Notes: generated by a model from the letters alone, not told the origin. 64,000 nucleotides of DNA from Sterolibacterium sp. (GCA_019105045.1 JAHRWT010000056.1:207-64206); one strand, 5' to 3'. Positions 10,750-20,773 are shown, counted from the stretch's first letter. Program-made: numbers and translations.

Positions 10750-10941
10750 TCAGTCGCGTTTCAAACGCTTTTCGGCGCGATTCATCAGCTTGATGGCGAT
10801 GCCCACAGAACGATCCACCAGTTCATCCTCATTGGCCGGATACAGGTCGATCTTCTGGATCAGCGCCCCGAATATGGTTGCGGCCATACCGGCAATCGCC
10901 ACTTCACCAGCCTGCGGAGACTTGTTTTCTTCACTCGCCAT
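10750..10941 (-). CDS. Small hypothetical protein (~63 aa)
   Basis: GGAG Shine-Dalgarno 7 nt before ATG 10941; fills the gap between kup and the rpsF promoter; host-like codons. Confidence 0.6.
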   Translation of the reverse strand: MASEENKSPQAGEVAIAGMAATIFGALIQKIDLYPANEDELVDRSVGIAIKLMNRAEKRLKRD

Positions 10942-11136
10942 CATGTCACTCCATGGTTGGGAATCAATCATGTTGCAGCTTTGATGCTTCTTGCCTCAAA
11001 GCCCTGCCGAACTGCATCCGGCCATTGCCGGACGGCTTTTCATCTCCCGCTTTATACAACACAAATCCCTTGTCCGCACAGGCACCGGGGTAATCCATCA
11101 TACAAACCCGGCCAATCGTCACGCATCCCGTTTTCC

Positions 11137-11166
11137 TTGCCATAAGCCACGGATTTACTTTAAAAT
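11137..11166 (+). promoter_or_regulatory. Putative sigma70 promoter of rpsF operon
   Basis: TTGCCA (11137-42), 18 nt spacer, TAAAAT (11161-66). Confidence 0.5.
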
Positions 11167-11180
11167 GACCGGCTTTTCCA

Positions 11181-11228
11181 CCTTGTCCCACCCGAATCCG
11201 CATGCGGGGGGACTTTTTCCACAAGGAG
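11181..11228 (+). promoter_or_regulatory. Putative S6:S18-type autoregulatory leader hairpin of rpsF
   Basis: CCTTGT pairs with ACAAGG overlapping the SD; inner CCCG/CGGG stem; pyrimidine-rich internal loop; position matches known S6:S18 leaders. Confidence 0.5.
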
Positions 11229-11233
11229 ACTAC

Positions 11234-11626
11234 ATGCGACATTATGAAATCGTCTTCATCGTTCATCCGGACCAAAGCGAACAGGTTCCGGCCATGATCG
11301 ATCGCTACAAGACGCTCGTTTCGACCGGCAAAGGCAACATTCATCGCCTTGAGGACTGGGGCCGTCGCCAACTGGCCTATCCGATCCAGAAAGTGCACAA
11401 GGCGCACTATGTACTGATGAACATCGAGTGCGACGCCGAAACGCTGGCCGAACTGGAAAACGCCTTCAAATTCAACGATGCCGTGCTGCGTCATCTGACC
11501 GTCAAGATGAAGCATGCCGCCACCGAACCTTCACCGATGATGAAGGAAGAAAAATCCAGATCGCTGACCGCTCCCGCTGCAGCAAGCCCGGCAGAAGCCC
11601 CTGCAGGTGCCGCGACCGCTGCCTGA
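11234..11626 (+). CDS. rpsF: 30S ribosomal protein S6
   Basis: [19 protein letters not shown]...[12 protein letters not shown]; AAGGAG SD. Confidence 0.98.
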   Translation: MRHYEIVFIVHPDQSEQVPAMIDRYKTLVSTGKGNIHRLEDWGRRQLAYPIQKVHKAHYVLMNIECDAETLAELENAFKFNDAVLRHLTVKMKHAATEPSPMMKEEKSRSLTAPAAASPAEAPAGAATAA

Positions 11627-11960
11627 GCCCCGCTCCGGGCAGCCGCCAGACAACTGCACGCGACTGACAGGTCAACTGCTTGAGCTGAATACCTTGCGCT
11701 ATACCCCAGCCGGCATTCCGGTTCTCAATTTTCGGATTGCGCACAGCTCACAGCAGATTGAAGCCGGTCGACCGAGAACGGTGGATTGCGAAGTTTCTGC
11801 CGTGATACTGGGCCCGAATGCACAGCTGATGACGGGCGCAAAACCGGGTGATGCCGTCAGGTTAAGCGGTTTTCTCGCAGCAAAGAGCTTGAAGAGCAGG
11901 ACCCTGATCCTGCATGTGAATGAGATAGAGTTTTTGGAAGGAAATCAAAATGGCATTTAA
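11607..11960 (+). CDS. priB: Primosomal replication protein N
   Basis: [23 protein letters not shown] motifs; canonical rpsF-priB-rpsR-rplI order; start uncertain. Confidence 0.9.
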   Translation: MPRPLPEPRSGQPPDNCTRLTGQLLELNTLRYTPAGIPVLNFRIAHSSQQIEAGRPRTVDCEVSAVILGPNAQLMTGAKPGDAVRLSGFLAAKSLKSRTLILHVNEIEFLEGNQNGI

Positions 11961-12222
11961 ACCAAAGTCTGGCGCCAAGCGCAAGGATGACAAAGGCCGC
12001 AGCATGTTCAAGCGGCGCAAGTTCTGCCGCTTTACCGCCGAAAAGATTGCCGAAGTCGATTACAAGGATGTCGCTATTCTCAAGGACTTCATTACCGAGA
12101 ATGCGAAAATCATGCCGGCCCGCATTACCGGCACCAAAGCCGGCTATCAGCGCCAGCTGTCCACGGCCATCAAGCGCGCCCGCTTCCTGGCACTGCTTCC
12201 CTACACCGATCTGCACGAGTAA
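11950..12222 (+). CDS. rpsR: 30S ribosomal protein S18
   Basis: [36 protein letters not shown]. Confidence 0.98.
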   Translation: MAFKPKSGAKRKDDKGRSMFKRRKFCRFTAEKIAEVDYKDVAILKDFITENAKIMPARITGTKAGYQRQLSTAIKRARFLALLPYTDLHE

Positions 12223-12237
12223 TCCGGAGATACGACC

Positions 12238-12687
12238 ATGCAAGTTATTTTGATGGAAAAAGTTGTCAATCTGGGCGTGCTCGGTGATGTGGTCAAGGTC
12301 AAGGATGGCTACGCCCGCAACTACCTGATTCCGCAAGGCAAGGCCAAACGGGTGACCCCAGAAAACCTGGCTGCATTCGAAGCCCGCCGCGCCGAACTGG
12401 AAAAACTCCAGGCCGAAAAACTGGCCAATGCCCAAGAAAAAGCCGGCAAGCTGGAAGGTCTGCTGCTGCAGATCACCCGCAAGGCCGGCGTCGATGGCCG
12501 TCTCTTCGGCTCGGTGACCAACGCCGACGTCGCCGAAGCCCTGAAAACCCAAGGCTTCGATGTTGAAAAAGCGGCCATTCGCATGCCGGACGGCCTGATC
12601 AAGCAGGTCGGTGACAGCAAGCTGGACGTGACCTTGCACACCGACGTGATCGCCAGTATTACCATATCCGTACTTGGCGAACACTGA
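12238..12687 (+). CDS. rplI: 50S ribosomal protein L9
   Basis: [32 protein letters not shown]; GRLFGSVT. Confidence 0.98.
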   Translation: MQVILMEKVVNLGVLGDVVKVKDGYARNYLIPQGKAKRVTPENLAAFEARRAELEKLQAEKLANAQEKAGKLEGLLLQITRKAGVDGRLFGSVTNADVAEALKTQGFDVEKAAIRMPDGLIKQVGDSKLDVTLHTDVIASITISVLGEH

Positions 12688-12733
12688 TCGCGCCACGCAT
12701 CGGCAAAAGCATCATCATCGCATCACCACATCA

Positions 12734-12766
12734 CCGTGAGGCCGCACAAGCGGCCTCACGGCGTTT
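12734..12766 (+). terminator. Hairpin (probable terminator) after rplI
   Basis: Perfect 12-bp stem CCGTGAGGCCGC-acaa-GCGGCCTCACGG followed by a short CGTTT tail. Confidence 0.6.
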
Positions 12767-12841
12767 ACGTCCGCCCAACTCAAGCCACCCTACCCGGCGG
12801 CAGATCAGCAACCACGAAGCCGGAGTTGACGGCAGGTATTT

Positions 12842-12906
12842 TGCCCCACAGCAAATACACAGTCTGTCCACAGTTTGTTCCCAACATTTCCCCAGACTTA
12901 CCCACA
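12842..12906 (+). promoter_or_regulatory. Array of degenerate DnaA-box-like 9-mers upstream of dnaB
   Basis: TGCCCCACA, AAATACACA, CTGTCCACA, TTGTTCCCA, TTTCCCCAG, TTACCCACA at about 11-nt period versus consensus TTWTNCACA. Confidence 0.45.
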
Positions 12907-12961
12907 CCGCACAAAGTCGCATACAGGTACACTGGTGGATTGCTTCACAGGAGACAGGGCC

Positions 12962-14368
12962 ATGGTTCAGATGATGGAACGCAGCTTTCAACGCAAGCCG
13001 GCTGACGATCCCCAGATCAACACGCTCAAGCTGCCCCCGCATTCCGTCGAAGCAGAACAATCCCTGATCGGCGGCCTGCTGCTCGACAATTCGGCTTGGG
13101 ATCGCATCATCGGCATCATCAGTGATGCGGATTTCTATCGCGACGATCACCGCCGCATCTTTCGCCACATCCGCCGCCTGGTCGAAGAGAACAAGCCGGC
13201 CGACGTCGTCACCGTTTTCGAATCCATCGAGAAAAGCAACGAGGTCGAACAGGCAGGGGGGCTGGCCTATCTGGGTGAGATTGCCAACAACACGCCTTCG
13301 GCAGCCAACATCCGCCGCTATGCCGAAATCGTCCATGAACGCGCGGTGCTGCGCCAGTTGGTCACCGTTGGCGATGAAATATCCTCCAGCGCGCTGAACC
13401 CGGCCGGCAAGGACGTCAGGCAACTGCTCGATCAAGCCGAGCAGCGCGTCTTTGAAATTGCCGAATCCGGCGCCAAAAACACGCAGGGTTTCGTCGCCAT
13501 CCAGCCCCTGCTGGGCCAGGTGGTCGAGCGTATCCAGGAACTCTACGACCAGGACGACCCATCGGATATCACCGGCATACCTACCGGATTCACCGACCTG
13601 GACCAAATGACCTCGGGTATGCAGCCGGGCGACATGATCATCGTTGCCGGACGACCGTCGATGGGCAAGACGGCTTTTGCACTGAATATTGCCGAGTACG
13701 TCGGCGTCGATCTGGGCCTGCCAGTGGCCATTTTCAGTCTGGAAATGTCCGGCCCGCAGCTGGCCATGCGTTTCCTGTCATCGGTTGGCCGTCTGGATGC
13801 CAAAAACGTGCGCACAGGCCGCTTGAATGACGATGAATGGGACAGGATGACCGTCGCCCTGGGCAAGCTGCACAACGCCCCCATCCACATCGACGATACC
13901 GGCGCCATCACCGCCACCGAGCTGCGTGGCCGCGCCCGCCGCCTGGCCCGGCAGTTTGGTGGCAAACTGGGCCTGATCGTCATCGACTACCTGCAACTGA
14001 TGTCCTCCAACAAGGACAACGAGAACCGCGCCACCGAAATTTCCGAAATATCCCGCGCCATCAAATCGCTGGCCAAGGAACTCAAAGTGCCGATCATCGC
14101 CCTCTCGCAGCTGTCACGCAAAGTGGAAGAACGCACCGACAAGCGCCCCCTGATGAGCGACCTGCGCGAATCCGGCGCCATCGAACAGGACGCCGACATC
14201 ATCATCATGATGTATCGCGAGGAGTATTACAAAAAAGATACCCAGGACAAGGGTCTGGCCGAAGTCATCATCGGCAAACACCGTAACGGCCCGACCGGCA
14301 CGGTCAAGCTGACCTTCCTTGGCGAATACACCAAGTTCGTCAACAGCGCCCATCCAGGCAGTTATTGA
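12962..14368 (+). CDS. dnaB: Replicative DNA helicase
   Basis: PPHSVEAEQS, Walker A GRPSMGKT, FSLEM, IDYLQL, SDLRESGAIEQDAD, KHRNGPTG. Confidence 0.98.
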   Translation: MVQMMERSFQRKPADDPQINTLKLPPHSVEAEQSLIGGLLLDNSAWDRIIGIISDADFYRDDHRRIFRHIRRLVEENKPADVVTVFESIEKSNEVEQAGGLAYLGEIANNTPSAANIRRYAEIVHERAVLRQLVTVGDEISSSALNPAGKDVRQLLDQAEQRVFEIAESGAKNTQGFVAIQPLLGQVVERIQELYDQDDPSDITGIPTGFTDLDQMTSGMQPGDMIIVAGRPSMGKTAFALNIAEYVGVDLGLPVAIFSLEMSGPQLAMRFLSSVGRLDAKNVRTGRLNDDEWDRMTVALGKLHNAPIHIDDTGAITATELRGRARRLARQFGGKLGLIVIDYLQLMSSNKDNENRATEISEISRAIKSLAKELKVPIIALSQLSRKVEERTDKRPLMSDLRESGAIEQDADIIIMMYREEYYKKDTQDKGLAEVIIGKHRNGPTGTVKLTFLGEYTKFVNSAHPGSY

Positions 14369-14420
14369 GCGCAGCGCCGGCAGGATGACGGCAGCGCGCC
14401 TGCGACAGATCAATCTGTTA

Positions 14421-15212
14421 TCAATCTGTTTTTTTCAGCCCGGCCATTGTGCGACGGGCCAGACACAGGTCTTCCCAAGCCCTGGCCTTGTCCGTCAGGT
14501 TGCGCAGCAGATCGTCGGGATGATAGGTGGCGAGCAGTGGGATGCTGACGCCACTGCTCGTCAGCTCAGCCAGGCGCCCGCGTGCAGCAGAGACCTTGAC
14601 TTCCTGCTGCAACAGCGTCTGCGCCGCCGGTCGTCCCAGTGCCACGATCAGTTTTGGTTGCAGCAAAGCGATCTGGCGTTCCAGATAGGGGCGGCAAGCC
14701 GCCATTTCCTCGGCAGTCGGCGTACGATTCTGTGCCGGACGGCACTTGACGGCATTGGCGATATAGACATCCCGCCCCCGTTGCAGGCCGATGGCGGCCA
14801 GCATGGCGTCGAGCAGCTTGCCGGACTGGCCAACAAAAGGCTCGCCGCGCCGATCTTCTTCCGCGCCCGGACCTTCGCCGACAAACAGCCAGTCCGCCTG
14901 CTCATCGCCCACACCCAGCACGGCCTGTTTGCGTTCCTGGCACAAATCACAGGCGCGACACGCCGCCACGCTGGCGCGCAACTGCGTCCAGTCCATGCAG
15001 GCGATGGCCGCCACCCGTTCATCACCGGTAACCGTCGTTAACGACGGATTGACCGGCGCCGGCGCGACAGCCGCAGCCGCAGCCGGCGCAACGGCTGTGC
15101 TTTGCGCCGTTTGCTGACGCAAGCGCCACAATGGCGCCAGCCCCATTTCACGCAGCACGGCGGCACGCCGCAGCGCCGCTGACGGCAAAGGCGAAGGTGA
15201 CGTCTTGTTCAT
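14421..15212 (-). CDS. Uracil-DNA glycosylase, family 4 (Fe-S)
   Basis: CRAC, VGEGPG, PFVGQSG, NAVKCRP, TYHP..LLR. Confidence 0.9.
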   Translation of the reverse strand: MNKTSPSPLPSAALRRAAVLREMGLAPLWRLRQQTAQSTAVAPAAAAAVAPAPVNPSLTTVTGDERVAAIACMDWTQLRASVAACRACDLCQERKQAVLGVGDEQADWLFVGEGPGAEEDRRGEPFVGQSGKLLDAMLAAIGLQRGRDVYIANAVKCRPAQNRTPTAEEMAACRPYLERQIALLQPKLIVALGRPAAQTLLQQEVKVSAARGRLAELTSSGVSIPLLATYHPDDLLRNLTDKARAWEDLCLARRTMAGLKKTD

Positions 15213-15676
15213 AGCAACCTCATCATCAGCAAGGCATGTTCACGGCCAGCCGCGCAGGGGTAGTAATCGCGGCGCAGCCCAACCGGGCTGAAACCACTGC
15301 GCGCATACAGCGCCTGCGCTGCACGATTCGATACACGCACTTCAAGAAACATTTTCTGCGCCCCCGCCTGGCGTGCTTCGCGCGCAAGAAACGCCATGAA
15401 ACGCCCAGCCAGACCCTGCCGCTGACAGGCCGGATCAATGACGATATCCAGCAGCTCGGCTTCATCAAGCACGAAAGAACACAGAGCATAACCACTGAGC
15501 ACCGTGCCCCGATACAGTAGCCAGGCGGCATGGCCCGCAGCCAGACTGTCAATGAACTGCGCACGCGTCCACGGGGCCACCTGCGCACGCTGCTCGATGG
15601 CGCACACCGCGTCAACGTCAATCAGTTGCATCGGCCTGAAATCAATGTCAGCGTCATCTTGCATGGCCAGACTCAT
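15209..15676 (-). CDS. rimI: Ribosomal protein S18-alanine N-acetyltransferase
   Basis: GNAT motifs QRQGLA, LEVRVSNRAAQALY, GLRRDYY; adjacent to tsaB. Confidence 0.92.
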   Translation of the reverse strand: MSLAMQDDADIDFRPMQLIDVDAVCAIEQRAQVAPWTRAQFIDSLAAGHAAWLLYRGTVLSGYALCSFVLDEAELLDIVIDPACQRQGLAGRFMAFLAREARQAGAQKMFLEVRVSNRAAQALYARSGFSPVGLRRDYYPCAAGREHALLMMRLL

Positions 15677-15722
15677 TCACTCGTTGCGTAATCGTGCGTG
15701 CAGTGCCCATAACCCATGTGCG

Positions 15723-16448
15723 TCATTGCGACCCGCCACGCGCCAGGCGCTCGGCGGTCGTCAGAGCCACTTTGTCACGCACATAAAGCGGTGCCGCCAA
15801 TGCAGCATCGACCCCCTCTCCCCGGGCAAGACGAGGCGCGGCAAGATGCGCCACTGCTGTGGCCGTTGGCCAGCAATCCGCAATGACGCGCGCCAGCGGC
15901 GCGACAAGCAGTTGCGGATAGACCGCAAAACCATCGCCGCAGGCCAGCCAGTCATCTTCTGCCAGCAACGAAGGCAGTTGTTCGGCAATGGCTTGCGGCG
16001 CGGCAACGAAGGGAAATCGCCGGCTTTCCAGCGCACCGGCGCAAACTTCGTAGGCGGCGCAATACACTTCATTCATGCGGGCATCCAGACAGGCAAGTAT
16101 CCTTGCCTGCCGTGCAGGCGCAACCAGCGACTGACGCTGCCAGGCAACCCAGGCCAAAGCCTCCAGTGACGAAACCGCCACAACCGGCAAATCCAGCGCA
16201 CATGCCAGCCCCTGGGTCACTCCGCAAGCCAGGCGCAAACCGGTAAAACCGCCAGGACCGGCGCCAAAGGCGATACCGTCCAGCGCCGAAAAATCCAGGT
16301 CGGCTTCGACAAGCAGTTCCTGTACCCAGGGCAGCAGATGTTCTGAACCGCCATTGATGATTTCTGCCGCGCGTTCATGGCAAACGCCATCACGCCAGAG
16401 GGCGACGGACAAATGTTGGGTTGCGGTTTCCAGAGCAAGTAGATTCAC
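15723..16448 (-). CDS. tsaB: t6A biosynthesis protein TsaB
   Basis: LLALETAT, GAGPGGFTGLR, LDARMNEVY, PLYVRDKVA. Confidence 0.95.
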   Translation of the reverse strand: MNLLALETATQHLSVALWRDGVCHERAAEIINGGSEHLLPWVQELLVEADLDFSALDGIAFGAGPGGFTGLRLACGVTQGLACALDLPVVAVSSLEALAWVAWQRQSLVAPARQARILACLDARMNEVYCAAYEVCAGALESRRFPFVAAPQAIAEQLPSLLAEDDWLACGDGFAVYPQLLVAPLARVIADCWPTATAVAHLAAPRLARGEGVDAALAAPLYVRDKVALTTAERLARGGSQ

Positions 16449-16688
16449 GGGATCATTTTATCCGTTGCTGCCATGCGCTGTCGGCCAGAACATCCGGCAC
16501 ATCATCGGTGGGCAACTTCACGCGGGTGTTTTGCAATCTGTCTGACAAGATGCGCCGGGTATGCAGGAAAAGCAGAAACAGCATTCATCAAGGAAATTTT
16601 CCTCGACATGTAGCGCACGCATTTTCTCCGGACGACATTCACAAATGGCAGGCAATCCAGGGCCGCAGCGACGGTTTCCGGGATCACC

Positions 16689-17720
16689 TCAGCGCACGAA
16701 TTCAACCCAGACTTGCGAAATCTCGGTTTGCGGCAGGGCATCGCTGCTGGCCTGGACGCAATTCCAGCGCTCGTGCGTTCCTGTATAGGCCTGTATGTCC
16801 GTCACGCCCATCTGCCGTGCCCAGACCTGCGCATCCGCAGTGAGTTTGCGCATGCGCATTTCCGTATCCTTGCTGAACAGATCTTCATCGCTCAGATTGG
16901 GCAGGCTGGCGCGCGGCGCAACGTAATAAGGCCGCGTGAATACGCTTTGCCTGCTGCCATCGGCCAGGCGCAGCCTGCCAGCAACACGCACCACCACCGC
17001 TTCCTCATTGTCATTGAGCAACTTCAGCGTTGCGCACAGCTGCCCCCGTTTGGTCAGGGTATTGCGGGTGTAAAAAGCCACTTTGAAGGCATCGCCACGA
17101 TACTGCCATTTGCGCCTGTCCGACCATTTGATGAAGCGGTCAAACTTTGCCAACGAAGCCCGGATGTATTTCACGGCATCGTCATACGCCGCTGCATTGC
17201 AACTGTCTGCCGCAAAACAACTGAGCATACCCGGCATGTAGCCACAGAAGTTTTCACTGCCGGTTTCCAGCTTGAAAACCATATCCATGCCATTGACCAA
17301 GCGCGAATTGCACATGGCAAATACATAGCGCTCAAGAAAATTGACTTTTTCCCTGGACGACATTGCATTGAACTTCGGTCGCAGCGGACGTGCCGATTCG
17401 ATGAAACGCTGAGCTGCTCCGGTAAAAATCAACAACTCGGCTTCGCGCAGCGGGTTGTACAACAACAACGCCGGCGGCACCCTGGGTTGCGCGCTGGCCG
17501 GCTCTGGCAGCGTGCCCACATCGACCAGTGGCGGCACGCTGACGGTTGCTGCCGGCAAGGCCAGCGCGCTGTTTGCCAACAGTAAAGCGGGCCATGGCAG
17601 CAACATCCAGACAAACAGGTGAAGCCGACGGCCAGTTGCGGAGGGCAAGCACGCGCACCGCACGGACAAGCCGCAAACCGCAAGACAGGCGGCGCACAGA
17701 AGCATAAAGACAGAAATCAA
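16689..17720 (-). CDS. Hypothetical, probably exported protein (up to 343 aa)
   Basis: Long ORF with ATGA-type overlap to the upstream gene; hydrophobic N-terminus; aromatic/Cys-rich body; no recognised family; true start may be further downstream. Confidence 0.6.
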   Translation of the reverse strand: MISVFMLLCAACLAVCGLSVRCACLPSATGRRLHLFVWMLLPWPALLLANSALALPAATVSVPPLVDVGTLPEPASAQPRVPPALLLYNPLREAELLIFTGAAQRFIESARPLRPKFNAMSSREKVNFLERYVFAMCNSRLVNGMDMVFKLETGSENFCGYMPGMLSCFAADSCNAAAYDDAVKYIRASLAKFDRFIKWSDRRKWQYRGDAFKVAFYTRNTLTKRGQLCATLKLLNDNEEAVVVRVAGRLRLADGSRQSVFTRPYYVAPRASLPNLSDEDLFSKDTEMRMRKLTADAQVWARQMGVTDIQAYTGTHERWNCVQASSDALPQTEISQVWVEFVR

Positions 17721-18097
17721 TGTGAATGACGCGGCTTGCGTCCCGGTTGCTGATACAGCTCACGCCCGGCTTCATTGATATCCTGACGGAGCTGACGACG
17801 CTCTTCGCGCGTCATGCGTTTGCCACGCCGCCAAGGTACCGGCGGCCCCACTTCTTGCTGCGCCTCAGCCGGCTTTTCGGCAAAAACCGGCGCCGCTGTC
17901 TGACGCGATGCCTCCGCTACCGCCGACTCGCCAGCCGTTTGCAGAAGCAGCGCGTCAGGCAGCGACCTGTGCTGGGCCATTGCCATTGGCGTCAAGGCCA
18001 GGCCGGCCAGCAGCCCGCTGAACAGACAAAAAGAAAATGACAGGGCAGACTTCATCAGACAACCAGAAAAATGCCGTGAAAAAAACGAGGCAGACAT
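17717..18097 (-). CDS. Hypothetical periplasmic protein divergent from ompR
   Basis: Signal peptide ending AMA-Q; C-terminal RMTREERRQLRQDINEAGRELY helix. Confidence 0.7.
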   Translation of the reverse strand: MSASFFSRHFSGCLMKSALSFSFCLFSGLLAGLALTPMAMAQHRSLPDALLLQTAGESAVAEASRQTAAPVFAEKPAEAQQEVGPPVPWRRGKRMTREERRQLRQDINEAGRELYQQPGRKPRHSH

Positions 18098-18201
18098 GAG
18101 CTATCCCGGTGGTTCATCTTGCAACATGTGCAGCATGCGGCGCATACACCACGGATGATCACCTTCGGCTGTAAATCAGTTATGAATTTGTCGCCGCGAA
18201 T

Positions 18202-18217
18202 TGTAACAAGATGCAAC
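18202..18217. promoter_or_regulatory. Putative OmpR-type binding site
   Basis: Direct repeat TGTAAC-N4-TGCAAC (10-bp period) between ompR and the divergent periplasmic gene; extra half-site TGTAAA at 18170. Confidence 0.45.
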
Positions 18218-18415
18218 AGTCTTCCCTGACGGAAATATTGTCTAACCATCTCCCCCACCCAACCGCTGGCGCAAGCCCGGGGGAATGGTTAGCATTGCAG
18301 CCATCCCGACAACCTCGCCCGAATGTCTTCGAAACGCGACTCATCAACGAGGAAAACGTCAGCAGGACTGTGGCGCTGGAAATATTTACCGTAATCAACT
18401 GTGGCTTTCAGAATT

Positions 18416-19168
18416 ATGAACGATACCGCCAAAATTCTGGTTGTCGATGACGACCTGCGCTTGCGAGACCTGCTCAACCGCTATCTCAGCGATCAGGGAT
18501 TCACGGTCAAGGCCGTTGCCAATGCAGCAGAAATGGACAAGGCACTCAGTCGTGAGCTGCACGACCTGCTGGTTCTCGATCTGATGCTGCCGGGCGAGGA
18601 TGGCCTGTCCATCTGCCGCCGGTTGCGCAGCAGCAACAATGATGCTGCCATCATCATGCTGACGGCCAAAGGCGATGACGTCGACCGCATCGTCGGACTC
18701 GAAATGGGCGCCGACGACTATCTACCCAAGCCATTCAATCCGCGCGAACTGGTTGCCCGCATCCACGCCGTTCTGCGCCGGCGCAAGGCAGCCGCCCCGC
18801 CCGGCGCGCCGACGCTGGATGAGGAAACCATCGACTTTGGCAACGTCAGCCTCAACCTGGCCACGCGCGAGTTGATCCGTCGCAATGACGCCACAGACGA
18901 TACCCTCGCCCGCAGCAGCCAACTCACGACCGGCGAATTTGCCGTGCTGAAAGTACTCGTCCAGCACCCACGCCAGCCGCTCTCGCGTGACAAGCTGATG
19001 GAGCTGGCCCGTGGCCGCGAATATGACGTCTTTGATCGATCCATCGATGTACAGATTTCGCGCCTGCGCAAACTGGTCGAGGACGATCCGGCCAAGCCCC
19101 GCTACATCCAGACCGTCTGGGGATTTGGCTACGTCTTCGTGCCGGATGGCATCAAGAAAGATCAATGA
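18416..19168 (+). CDS. ompR: OmpR-family response regulator
   Basis: KILVVDDDLRLRDLL, DLMLPGEDG, GADDYLPKPFNPRELVARI, PRYIQTVWGFGY. Confidence 0.93.
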   Translation: MNDTAKILVVDDDLRLRDLLNRYLSDQGFTVKAVANAAEMDKALSRELHDLLVLDLMLPGEDGLSICRRLRSSNNDAAIIMLTAKGDDVDRIVGLEMGADDYLPKPFNPRELVARIHAVLRRRKAAAPPGAPTLDEETIDFGNVSLNLATRELIRRNDATDDTLARSSQLTTGEFAVLKVLVQHPRQPLSRDKLMELARGREYDVFDRSIDVQISRLRKLVEDDPAKPRYIQTVWGFGYVFVPDGIKKDQ

Positions 19169-20526
19169 AACTCTGGCCCCGCAGCCTGCTCTGGCGCACC
19201 TTTTTACTGGTTGCGCTGCTGATGCTGCTGTCCATCCTCGCCTGGTTCGCCATTTTCCGTTTCTATCAGGAAGAACCCCGCGCGCACCAGGCAGCCCAGC
19301 TGATGATCAGCGTCGTCAATCTCACACGCAGCGCCATCACCAATGCCGCTCCAGGAAAGCGTCGCGAATTGCTGCGCGACCTGTCCGATCGTGAGGGCAT
19401 CCACATTTACCCTTACGAAAACAACGAAAGCATCACGCCACTGGATAACGAGTTCATCCTGCGTCGTGTCAAGGCACAACTGCTCAACGAACTCGGCCCC
19501 CAGACCGAATTCACCCTCGAGCGCAACGGCGAGCAGGCCGTCTTCATCAGCTTCAGCCTGGATGAAAACGGCGACAACGAATACTGGGTGGCGCTGCCAC
19601 GCGAACGCATCGAACACGTCCTCCACCGACAATGGCTGGGCTGGGGCCTGGCGGCCATTCTGCTGTCACTGGGAGGCGCCTATCTGATCGTCTTCCGCAT
19701 TACTCAACCGCTGCGCGAACTCTCACTGGCCGCCCGGCAGCTCGGCCAAGGCCACCAGCCGGCCACCCTGACCGAAAAAGGCCCGGTAGAAATCATCGAT
19801 GTGACACGCGCCTTCAACCAGATGTCCGCCGATCTGTCCCGCCTGGACAGCGACCGTGCCTTGATCCTGGCCGGCATTTCGCACGACCTGCGCACGCCGC
19901 TGACCCGGCTGCGCATGGCGATCGAAATGGTCAACGATGCAAGCGATGACAATGCGCTCATGCAAAGCACCAGCGATGGCATGATTGCCGACATCGAGGA
20001 GATGGATCAGACCATCAATCAGTTTCTCGACTTCGCCCGAGAAACCGGCAACGAAGCCGTACAGGAAACCGATCTCACCGCCTTGCTGAATGATCTGAGC
20101 AACCAGTACGCCCGCCGTGGCATCAACCTGGACAGCCAGCTTGCCCTGCTGCCGCCCTGCCAGCTGCGCCCGCTGTCCATCCGCCGCGCCGTCAGCAACC
20201 TGCTCGACAACGCCCTGCATTACGCCGGGCCGGCAGGTCTGTCGTTGCGCTTGTGCAGGGACGCAACGGCAAAAAACATACTGATCGAAGTCGGCGACCG
20301 CGGCCCTGGCATCGCCCCGACCGAAATCGAGCGTCTCAAACTGCCCTTCACCCGCCTCGAATCCGCGCGCAGCAACAGTAGCGGCGCCGGCCTCGGCCTG
20401 GCCATCGTCGAACGCATTGCCCGCAACCACCAGGGCCTGCTCGAACTGCTGCCCCGCCCGCAAGGCGGCTTGCTGGCCCGCATCATCCTGCCCGGCAGCC
20501 TGCTGCTGGGCGGCAGTGATTCGTAG
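19165..20526 (+). CDS. envZ: EnvZ-like sensor histidine kinase
   Basis: PRSLLWR N-terminus, two TM segments, HAMP, H-box GISHDLRTPL, NLLDNA, DRGPG, GAGLGL. Confidence 0.85.
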   Translation: MKLWPRSLLWRTFLLVALLMLLSILAWFAIFRFYQEEPRAHQAAQLMISVVNLTRSAITNAAPGKRRELLRDLSDREGIHIYPYENNESITPLDNEFILRRVKAQLLNELGPQTEFTLERNGEQAVFISFSLDENGDNEYWVALPRERIEHVLHRQWLGWGLAAILLSLGGAYLIVFRITQPLRELSLAARQLGQGHQPATLTEKGPVEIIDVTRAFNQMSADLSRLDSDRALILAGISHDLRTPLTRLRMAIEMVNDASDDNALMQSTSDGMIADIEEMDQTINQFLDFARETGNEAVQETDLTALLNDLSNQYARRGINLDSQLALLPPCQLRPLSIRRAVSNLLDNALHYAGPAGLSLRLCRDATAKNILIEVGDRGPGIAPTEIERLKLPFTRLESARSNSSGAGLGLAIVERIARNHQGLLELLPRPQGGLLARIILPGSLLLGGSDS

Positions 20527-20745
20527 TGGCCTGCAGTGGCGGGGACGGATGGCGGGTAGCGGCGGGCAGTGGCCCATCCTGGCAGTCTGCCAACCGCTTC
20601 CTCTTCACCGACTCGCAGCTTGCGCTCCACACTGCCTGATCACATTCGGCCGCCCTCATGCCGTTGCGCTTCGCTTCATTCGCCGTGATCAAGCCAGGGC
20701 GGGGCATACCCCCGCAGACGTGCGCCCTGCCGGGCGCACCAAACG

Positions 20746-20773
20746 AAAACGCCCAACCGAGAACGGCTGGGCG
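20746..20773 (-). terminator. Intrinsic terminator after tRNA-Thr
   Basis: Minus strand CGCCCAGCCG-ttct-CGGTTGGGCG-TTTT directly 3' of the CCA end. Confidence 0.75.

Noticed and set aside
11950-12012. N-terminal extension of S18 as a novelty
   Set aside because: Basic N-terminal extensions are common in betaproteobacterial S18
12842-12906. oriC
   Set aside because: Boxes are degenerate, there is no AT-rich unwinding element, and no dnaA/gidA context
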